From: Candidatus Omnitrophota bacterium
GTDB lineage: Bacteria; Omnitrophota; Gorgyraeia; Zapsychrales; JANLHA01
Reading direction: 5' to 3'
Length of the DNA: 64,000 nt
Assembly (NCBI GenBank): GCA_963662715.1
Contig: OY759724.1
Coordinates: forward strand, 2,010,662 to 2,074,661
The notes beneath the pieces were generated by a model that saw only the letters and a program-made list of their open reading frames with translations, searched no databases and had not been told where the DNA came from. How positions within the stretch are numbered: position 1 is the stretch's first letter; every line of letters starts with the position of its first letter. The translations under genes were made by a program, and so were the position numbers. Below are positions 57,248 to 64,000 of this stretch, piece by piece.

Positions 57248-58765
57248 TTGATTGTTGAGAAAGGACAGATGTTAGAACGCACAAAAGATCAAGTGAAAAT
57301 TTTGTTGATGTACCCCCCGACCGGATCGATCGGGACCTACAATACGCCGACAGGATTGCTTTATATCGCAACGGTCCTTCAGCATCATGGATATTTCGTC
57401 CGGCTTGTCGACTGTTCGGTCGAGCCGCGCTATCAGGATATTTTAGACCGGGAAATACCGGACACGGATTTGCTCGGCATTTACGCGATGAGCGTGCATA
57501 TCCGTTATCTTCTCCCGGAGCTCAGGCGACTGAAGGCCTTGAATCCACGGCTCAAAATTATCTGGGGCGGCCCGCATGCGATCCTTTTCCCCGAACAGAC
57601 GGCCAGCAGCCCTTTGGCGGATATCGTGACCCGGGGAGAGGGGGAAGACTTGATGCTGGAAATTGTCCGGGAATATGAAGCCGGCACCCTGGATTACCGC
57701 AAGATCAAAGGAATTTATTTTAAGGATAACGGGCAGATCACTTCAACCCCTCCGCGGCCTTTTGTCGACGTCAATCAACTTCCGTTTCTGGACTGGTCTT
57801 TTTTAAAGAAAGACGTCCTTGATACGGTGCGTAAAGGAATTATCCGGGTGCAGGCCAGCCGGGGTTGCCCTTACCGATGCGCCTTCTGTATTAATGTGCT
57901 TACGAATAACAGAAAGATGCGGTATCGGGATCCGGAAAAGGTCGTTGATGAAATCGAATACTTAACCCGGGAATATCATATCCACCGGGTCGGCTTCCGG
58001 GATGAGGTCTTTATGTCCAACCGTAAACAGGTGAAGGATATTGCCCAGGGGATTCTTGACCGGGATATCCATATTACCTGGCTGGCTAATCCCCGGGTCG
58101 AGTATCTCAGGGAATCCTATATCGACGATGCTTATTTAAAACTGCTGGCCGATTCCGGCTGCAACAAGCTGCAGTGCGGAGGAGAATCCGGGTCCCAGCG
58201 GATTCTGGATATGCTGCATAAAGGGATTAAAGTGGATGATATCCTTAATTTTGTCCGGAGAACCAAAAAATATAATATTTATCCGCTGGTCGCTTTTATG
58301 ACCGGGATTCCCACCGAGACAAAAGCGGAGCAGATGCAGACGCTGAGGCTTATCAGGGATATTTTACGTATACAGCCGGTAGCTTTTATCAACGGCCCGG
58401 CGAATTACCGCCCTTATCCCGGAGGGGAACTGTATGATATGTGCGTGAAGGAGTATCATTTGAAGATGCCGGATTCCCTGGAAGGCTGGGAGAAAGCGGA
58501 AATTCTGGGGGGGAGTGCGCCTCCGTGGGTCGAAGACGTCTGTTTCAACCAGTTTTTGTGGACCAGCACGAAGGCGGCGACCTATTCTTTCTCCTATTTG
58601 TGGAAACAGATCCGCCGGAATCCTTTGAAAGGGTTGGCGATTTCCTTTTTAAGCATAATTTCGAGGATGCGTTTACGCTGGCTTTTTTACCGTTTCCCTT
58701 TTGAATTTTATCTGTTGAATTTTTATTATCAAAGAATCCTTAAAAAAGTCCCGGAATACAGTTAA
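57248..58765 (+). CDS. B12-binding-domain radical SAM enzyme (copy 3)
   Basis: 'IIWGGPHAILFPEQ...TRGEGED', then 'ASRGCPYRCAFC'. Confidence 0.8.
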   Translation: MIVEKGQMLERTKDQVKILLMYPPTGSIGTYNTPTGLLYIATVLQHHGYFVRLVDCSVEPRYQDILDREIPDTDLLGIYAMSVHIRYLLPELRRLKALNPRLKIIWGGPHAILFPEQTASSPLADIVTRGEGEDLMLEIVREYEAGTLDYRKIKGIYFKDNGQITSTPPRPFVDVNQLPFLDWSFLKKDVLDTVRKGIIRVQASRGCPYRCAFCINVLTNNRKMRYRDPEKVVDEIEYLTREYHIHRVGFRDEVFMSNRKQVKDIAQGILDRDIHITWLANPRVEYLRESYIDDAYLKLLADSGCNKLQCGGESGSQRILDMLHKGIKVDDILNFVRRTKKYNIYPLVAFMTGIPTETKAEQMQTLRLIRDILRIQPVAFINGPANYRPYPGGELYDMCVKEYHLKMPDSLEGWEKAEILGGSAPPWVEDVCFNQFLWTSTKAATYSFSYLWKQIRRNPLKGLAISFLSIISRMRLRWLFYRFPFEFYLLNFYYQRILKKVPEYS

Positions 58766-58770
58766 GGACA

Positions 58771-59739
58771 ATGATTATGCTGAACGGCTTGCGGCTCGCT
58801 TTGGGTAACGAAATCAAAGAAGGCCCCTGGGGAGGAGGCAATCAGTTCCTGTCTTCTTTTAAAACGCATTTAGAGAGTAAGGGAGCCAAGGTTTTCTTCC
58901 GTTTAGAAGATGATCTGGATGTGATTATTTTGTTTAATCCCCGCAGAGAGAGCGGGACGTTCCACCATAAGGATGTTAAACGGTATAAAAAACGTTTTCC
59001 TAAAGCGAGAGTGATTCACCGGATCAACGAAACCGATAAGGCTAAAAACACCCGGTTTATCGACCGTTTACGCCTTGAGGCCAATAAAGTGGCCGATGCC
59101 GTTATTTTTATCAGCGAATGGGTCAGAGACTATTATATCAGCAAAGGTTTTGACCAGAGGATCCCTTCCTTCGTCATCCGCAACGGACCTGATGAAAATA
59201 TTTTCAACTCGCGGGGATACACCCCGTGGCAGCCCAACGGGTCCCTGAGAGTTGTTACGCATCATTGGTCGGATAATCCCATGAAAGGTATTGATATTTA
59301 TCAATATTTTGATAGACTTCTGAATGATCCCTGGATGAAGAGGTTATTCAACTTTACGTATATTGGCCGTTACCCTAAAGGGGTTCAATTGCAGCAGACA
59401 CAGTGCGTCCCCCCTTTATTCGGTGCGGATCTGGCGCGTGAACTGAAAAAGCATCATGTTTATTTGACGGCGGCCCGATGGGAATCCTGCGGTATGCATC
59501 AGCTGGAAGGCGCCTGTTGCGGCCTGCCGGTTCTTTATATTGATGAAGGCGGGGGCGTCGTTGAGACCTGCCGGGATGCCGGGATTAAATTTACCGTTGA
59601 GACCTTCCCGGTCAGCCTTTTCAAAATGAGGGAAGAATATCCTTCCTTGCAGCCGAAGTTAAACGCGTTCCCTTTTAATGCCCGCTTGATGTGTCAGGAA
59701 TATGAGAATGTTATCGAGAAAATTCTTATGAGCTCCTAG
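58771..59739 (+). CDS. putative GT-B glycosyltransferase (GT1/GT4-like C-terminal domain)
   Basis: 'ARWESCGMHQLEGACCGLPVLYID' resembles the GT4 E-x7-E donor-binding motif. Confidence 0.45.
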   Translation: MIMLNGLRLALGNEIKEGPWGGGNQFLSSFKTHLESKGAKVFFRLEDDLDVIILFNPRRESGTFHHKDVKRYKKRFPKARVIHRINETDKAKNTRFIDRLRLEANKVADAVIFISEWVRDYYISKGFDQRIPSFVIRNGPDENIFNSRGYTPWQPNGSLRVVTHHWSDNPMKGIDIYQYFDRLLNDPWMKRLFNFTYIGRYPKGVQLQQTQCVPPLFGADLARELKKHHVYLTAARWESCGMHQLEGACCGLPVLYIDEGGGVVETCRDAGIKFTVETFPVSLFKMREEYPSLQPKLNAFPFNARLMCQEYENVIEKILMSS

Positions 59740-59803
59740 CGAAAGGAGATTCAGTTGAAGAAAATAAAAGAAGGTTAATTGTTACCTGAAAGGAGATCGG
59801 CCT

Positions 59804-60523
59804 GTGAGTGCTAAAGCCTATAATACGGGAGATAATATTAATGTCGGTAATGCGCAATGGAATTTTTCGGCTGCCGCAAAGAATTTTGATGAACATGTCA
59901 AAAAGTCGGTTCCGTTTTATGAAGCCGGGCACGATTATATTGCCCAGCTGGCCAGTTTCTTTTTGCGGGATCAGGCCGTTGTTTATGAAATCGGCTGTTC
60001 GACAGGGGAACTGGCTCATCGAGTCCTGCGGCACAATTCAGAGAAAAAAGTCAAATATGTCGCTATTGACAATGTGGCGCCTATGGTCACACAGGCGAAG
60101 AAACGGCTCAAAGACGATAAAAGGGCCCGGGTTGTTCTGGGAGACGCTCTGACCCATTCTTATAAACCCTGTTGCCTTTATCTTTCTTATTATACGATTC
60201 AGTTTATTAAGCCCTGCGTGAGACAGGAACTTATCAATAAAATTTACAATGCCTTGGAATGGGGCGGGGCTGCCATTATTTATGAAAAAGTCAGGGGCAC
60301 GGATGCCCGTTTCCAGGATATCCTGACCCAGCTTTACACGGACTACAAGTTGGCCCAGGGATTTACGGAAGCAGAAATTATTCATAAGACACGGAGTTTG
60401 AAAGGAGTTCTGGAACCGTTTAGCACGGCCGGGAACATGGATTTATTTAAAAGGGCCGGTTTTGTGGATATTATGATGATTCAGAAATATCTCTGTTTTG
60501 AAGGGTATTTGTGTATTAAATGA
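59804..60523 (+). CDS. CmoA-like class I SAM-dependent methyltransferase
   Basis: 'FDEHVKKSVPFYEAGHDYIAQLA...VYEIGCSTGE' parallels the CmoA N-terminal pattern F-D-x-x-V-x-x-S-V-P-x-Y. GTG start preceded by the SD GAAAGGAGAT. Confidence 0.55.
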   Translation: MSAKAYNTGDNINVGNAQWNFSAAAKNFDEHVKKSVPFYEAGHDYIAQLASFFLRDQAVVYEIGCSTGELAHRVLRHNSEKKVKYVAIDNVAPMVTQAKKRLKDDKRARVVLGDALTHSYKPCCLYLSYYTIQFIKPCVRQELINKIYNALEWGGAAIIYEKVRGTDARFQDILTQLYTDYKLAQGFTEAEIIHKTRSLKGVLEPFSTAGNMDLFKRAGFVDIMMIQKYLCFEGYLCIK

Positions 60524-60632
60524 TGGAAAGAGGAAAGGGGGTAGGGGTATTTTTCCCCTCCGATGAATTGGCCTGGGATAATGAAAATGTATTTAAAATC
60601 ATTTTCATGAGCTCCTAAAGAAAGGAGATCTG

Positions 60633-61322
60633 ATGCAAACTTTTACAGAAAAACAAACTCGGCAGGAATACTGGGATATTCAAATCCAGTATTCAAGATT
60701 GAAATTCGCTTTCTGTAAAGTGAGCATCCCGTGTGTCAAGCATTGGAAAAGAATTATCACTCGCTGCCAAAAAGGATCGGCTATCAAGGGGCCGATCCTG
60801 TGCCTGGCGACCCGTAACGGCAGGGAAATCGATGTTTTTCGTAATGTTTTTTTCGGGCACCCTATGAGGGTCGCTTTCATGGGGCTTTTGGAACAACATA
60901 AAAACGCTTTTTCTTCCCGCTGGCGTTTTCTGGAAACGATTAATAAAAGTAACATTAATAATATTAAAGAAGGCAGTGTTGTCGGAGTCGAGATAAATCC
61001 AGATGGGAGAAGACAGGATGTGTTAATCGCGAGCTTTGACGAACTTCCGGCAGAATGGGGGGGGAAGTTTCAGGTCGTGTACTCAAATTCTTTGGATCAT
61101 GCCCAGGACCCTTATCGGGCGTCTCAAGAATGGTTCCGTGTTCTTCAGCCCGGCGGCTATTTGATCCTCGGTTCTCCGGGGGAAAATATTAATCCTTCCA
61201 AGGTTGATATCGTCGGGAATATTGGGCTTGCCGATATTCAGGAATTATTCCCCGGGGAACTGCTTTATCATAATAAGTACGGGAATGCTTTCCAGGACAC
61301 CATTATTAGAAAGCGGAAATAA
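60633..61322 (+). CDS. hypothetical protein, SAM-methyltransferase-like
   Basis: 'ILCLATRNGREIDVF', 'FQVVYSNSLDHAQDP' and 'VLQPGGYLILGSP' are arranged like MTase motifs I, II and III. Confidence 0.4.
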   Translation: MQTFTEKQTRQEYWDIQIQYSRLKFAFCKVSIPCVKHWKRIITRCQKGSAIKGPILCLATRNGREIDVFRNVFFGHPMRVAFMGLLEQHKNAFSSRWRFLETINKSNINNIKEGSVVGVEINPDGRRQDVLIASFDELPAEWGGKFQVVYSNSLDHAQDPYRASQEWFRVLQPGGYLILGSPGENINPSKVDIVGNIGLADIQELFPGELLYHNKYGNAFQDTIIRKRK

Positions 61323-61395
61323 CTGAGGCAGAAAATGTCTGCTCATTCAGTACGAATTTACTTTTTAGCCTGTATGATTTTTCTGTGAATATCAT

Positions 61396-62484
61396 ATGAA
61401 TCTTCAGCAAACGACGAAATATTACTGGCGGTTTCTTCAGGAGGGAATTAAAAACCGTTTGGTCAAAAAACCGACGGTTTTTTATATTACGGAATCAGCG
61501 GACTGGGTCGTTAAAAGAATCGGCGATATCCTGAGTGCGGGTACGGTTCCCGGTTTCCGGACAGCTGTTTCAACAGCAGGGATCAGGAATTCGGTCATTC
61601 ACTACGGGACCCCCTACGGATTGTGGGGCCCCCAACAGATACGCCTGCCCCACCCCTCTAATGCCCTTGTTGTCACCTGGTTTCATATCCCCCCTGATGA
61701 CGGACGTCTTCCGGTATTGCCCCAAGTCATCCCCCATGTGTCGCTCTGGCATACGGCCTGTACGCTCACCCAAGAGAAGCTCATTCAATTGGGCGTCCCT
61801 CCGGAAAAAATAGTCCTGATCCCTTTAGGCGTTGACACCAGATTGTTCAGACCCGTGAACGACGCAGAGAAAAAAGAGATACGGCAGGCGATGGGATTGC
61901 CTTTGGATAAGACCGTTATCGGCTCTTTTCAAAAAGACGGTGTGGGATGGGGCGAAGGGCAGGAGCCGAAACTCATTAAAGGGCCGGATGTGTTTTGTGA
62001 CGTTGTGGAACGATTAGCCCGGCGGCAAGATGTCTTCGTCCTTTTGACCGGACCTTCCCGGGGCTATGTCAAACAACGCTTAAAGGAAAAAGGGATCCCT
62101 TTTCAGCATTATTATTTTGATCGATATGAAGAAATCGTGCGCTGTTATCAGGCCTTGGATTTATATCTGGTCTCTTCTCGTGAAGAGGGCGGGCCTTTGG
62201 CTGTGCTTGAGTCCATGTCCGCGGGAATCCCTGTCGTCTCGACCCGGGTGGGATTGGCCCCGGATATCATACGGGACGGAGCTAATGGGTTTCTTGCCGA
62301 AGTGGAAGACCGAAGCGCCCTGGAATCGAACATAATGACTTTGCTCGAACAAAACTCCTTGCGCGAGGCGTTTGTCGAGCAAGGGAGACAAACTGTTCTT
62401 GCATATGACTGGGGGGAAATTGTCGGTCTTTATGAAAAACAGATTTATCGGGTGTTGATGGGCAGATCAACCTGCTGTCATTGA
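61396..62484 (+). CDS. family-1 (GT4) glycosyltransferase
   Basis: 'SSREEGGPLAVLESMSAGIPVVSTRVG' is the GT4 E-x7-E motif. Confidence 0.75.
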   Translation: MNLQQTTKYYWRFLQEGIKNRLVKKPTVFYITESADWVVKRIGDILSAGTVPGFRTAVSTAGIRNSVIHYGTPYGLWGPQQIRLPHPSNALVVTWFHIPPDDGRLPVLPQVIPHVSLWHTACTLTQEKLIQLGVPPEKIVLIPLGVDTRLFRPVNDAEKKEIRQAMGLPLDKTVIGSFQKDGVGWGEGQEPKLIKGPDVFCDVVERLARRQDVFVLLTGPSRGYVKQRLKEKGIPFQHYYFDRYEEIVRCYQALDLYLVSSREEGGPLAVLESMSAGIPVVSTRVGLAPDIIRDGANGFLAEVEDRSALESNIMTLLEQNSLREAFVEQGRQTVLAYDWGEIVGLYEKQIYRVLMGRSTCCH

Positions 62485-62563
62485 CCGCCCCGCATGACAT
62501 ACTGGCGGCTCCTTGACAGATTTTGGGGGAGCGTGAACGCTCCGTGGAACCCGGGGGGAAGTT

Positions 62564-63370
62564 TTGAAAAAACAACAGATGGCCTTACGTTTAGATGACG
62601 TGTTTGCTTCAACGAAAATGTTTGAAATTTACGGAAAAGAAACTGTCTCCGTAGGAGGCAGGGTTATCCCTGTTTCCATGATCTCTAATTTTTTATTCAT
62701 GAAATATGTCCCGGGTTTCAGGCGGAGGCTCCCTTACCGGGAAATGACGGCTGAAGAATGGGAGAGTGTTTTCCGGTTGCTGGAACGATATAACGCGAAA
62801 TTAACCATAGGTGTTACCGCGACTTGGGTCGAACGGGACGGGGCACAGACCCCGTTCTTTGAAAAGTTCCCTCAAGAGGCGGCCATACTTAAAGAAGGCG
62901 TTAAGGCCGGCCTTGTTGAAATTGCCAACCATGGGCTGACCCATTGCGTTGAAGGACGCCATTTGCCGCAATGGTTTTCATCCAACCGGAAATTCCATAG
63001 GGAATTCTGGCCTTGGATTCCTGAAGACGTGCAGAGGGATCATATTCAAAGAGCCCAGGCTCTTTTAAGCCACTATTTTGAAATTGATGTTGTGACTTTT
63101 GTCCCGCCTGGAAATGTCTGGACAGAGCAGACGGAACGCATGGCTTTTCATCACGGGCTCCGTGTCCTTTCTTCTCTGGAGACCAAGTGCCCTACCGGGG
63201 AAAAAAATCATGGTTTAGTATATATCGGGGATGCCGCTGTCTGCGCTTTTCATGATAGGGAACTCGTTTTGTGCGGGATAAAATGGTTTGAAGATTTGCT
63301 GAAGCAGCATGGCGATTATGATATTATAACTATCAAAGAATTAGCGGCGGGCTTTGACGCGCCTTGTTAA
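62564..63370 (+). CDS. hypothetical protein, polysaccharide-deacetylase-like (DUF2334/NodB-like)
   Basis: 'LRLDDVFAS' and 'EIANHGLTHC' resemble Asp/His metal-ligand motifs of carbohydrate esterase family 4-like proteins. Weak. Confidence 0.35.
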   Translation: MKKQQMALRLDDVFASTKMFEIYGKETVSVGGRVIPVSMISNFLFMKYVPGFRRRLPYREMTAEEWESVFRLLERYNAKLTIGVTATWVERDGAQTPFFEKFPQEAAILKEGVKAGLVEIANHGLTHCVEGRHLPQWFSSNRKFHREFWPWIPEDVQRDHIQRAQALLSHYFEIDVVTFVPPGNVWTEQTERMAFHHGLRVLSSLETKCPTGEKNHGLVYIGDAAVCAFHDRELVLCGIKWFEDLLKQHGDYDIITIKELAAGFDAPC

Positions 63371-63388
63371 ACGTGGACTTAATTCCAT

Positions 63389-64000
63389 ATGCATATTCTG
63401 GTGTTTCTAACATTTAATATTTCATTGAAAAAATGGGATGTTTATGGCCTTTTAGACCGGGAAATCGCTCTTTACCGGCAGCTCGTTGAAGATGGTCTTA
63501 AGGTGAGCTTGTTAACCTACGGAGATGAAGAAGATCTGGACTATCAGGAACGTTTGGGCGGCATCGGGATAATTCCCGTTTATCAGTTTGCCTCCAGGCC
63601 AAAATCCACGCTTTTACGTTTCCTGCAGAGTCTGATCCTTCCGTTTCGTTTAAAAGCCCAATTGCGCCAGGCAGATATTTATAAAACGAATCAGATGTGG
63701 GGTAGCTGGGTTGCTGTTGTGGCCAAGATCCTTTACCGGAAGACACTGGTCATACGGTGTGGATATGAACAGTTTCGCTTTGGCCTTTTGATGAAAATGC
63801 CGTGGACTTTTAAGATTTTCACCTACCTTAATTCTTTCATCTCGTATCGGGTTGCAGATAAGATTGTTATTTCATCCGAGATCGGGAAAAATTTTATAAT
63901 AAAATTTTTTAAAATACAGGAAAATAAGATTAAAATACAATATAATTATGTTGAAACGCAAAAGTTTAAGCCTCTGCCGGAAACAAGGCACCCGGACCGT
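63389..64000 (+). CDS. GT1/GT4-family glycosyltransferase, N-terminal part (runs off the window end). Not in the ORF track.
   Basis: ATG at 63389 is in frame to base 64000. Translation 'MHILVFLTFNISLKKWDVYGLLDREIALYRQLVEDGLKVSLLTYGDEED...' has a GT-B N-domain character. Confidence 0.5.
   Translation, partial: MHILVFLTFNISLKKWDVYGLLDREIALYRQLVEDGLKVSLLTYGDEEDLDYQERLGGIGIIPVYQFASRPKSTLLRFLQSLILPFRLKAQLRQADIYKTNQMWGSWVAVVAKILYRKTLVIRCGYEQFRFGLLMKMPWTFKIFTYLNSFISYRVADKIVISSEIGKNFIIKFFKIQENKIKIQYNYVETQKFKPLPETRHPDR

Noticed and set aside
1-64000. CRISPR arrays, tRNA or rRNA genes, and IS or transposase, integrase or phage genes
   Set aside because: No direct-repeat/spacer periodicity and no cloverleaf-like GC-rich 75-nt segments were seen in the intergenic regions. 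None of the ORF translations has a transposase or integrase signature. The glycan island therefore shows no visible mobility hallmarks inside this window.

Overview
64 kb bacterial chromosomal window, about 50% GC, densely coding and mostly on the + strand. No rRNA, tRNA, CRISPR array or obvious mobile element was seen.

The first ~23 kb is housekeeping:
- FtsK C-terminus, a RodZ-like protein, RimO/MiaB-family methylthiotransferase, PgsA, PgpA, ThpR and a CinA-C/PncC-like protein.
- An ABC-2 transporter pair.
- Cobalamin-dependent MetH.
- An orphan CheY-like receiver.
- MlaE-MlaF-MlaD, a small zinc-ribbon ORF, an AsmA-like protein and CcdA.
- A large polytopic membrane protein.
- A tightly linked EndoQ-like PHP/zinc-finger nuclease with a compact UvrD-family helicase.
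- MetF.

From about 23.9 kb to the window end there is a very large, near-continuous glycan-biosynthesis island. The 33 kb from 27.1 to 59.7 kb looks like one co-directional, tightly packed block. It contains:
- A pseudaminic-acid-type nonulosonate pathway: PseB, PseC, PseG-like, NeuD-type acetyltransferase, PseI and cytidylyltransferases.
- Fcl, the GDP-fucose synthase.
- A CDP-3,6-dideoxyhexose (ascarylose-type) pathway: RfbF, RfbG, an RfbC-like epimerase, a reductase, and an RfbH/DdhC E1 dehydrase with the diagnostic Lys-to-His change and a C-X-C-X7-C motif.
- A thiamine-pyrophosphate (TPP) 2-oxoacid dehydrogenase E1 alpha/beta pair plus a stand-alone lipoyl carrier.
- Six radical-SAM enzymes: four B12-binding and two SPASM-type.
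- About eight SAM methyltransferases.
- Several GT1 and GT2 glycosyltransferases.
- An MsbA/PglK-like ABC exporter.
- A wHTH regulator whose promoter carries a perfect 18-bp palindrome.

This radical-SAM/B12/TPP-decorated sugar island is the most unusual content of the window.

Secondary points of interest:
- The EndoQ-like/helicase/membrane-protein trio.
- A candidate small RNA bounded by a sigma70-like promoter and a strong intrinsic terminator.
- Repeated palindromic AT-rich elements.

All calls rest on motif recognition by eye. Starts are approximate, and the ORF track uses alternative start codons.
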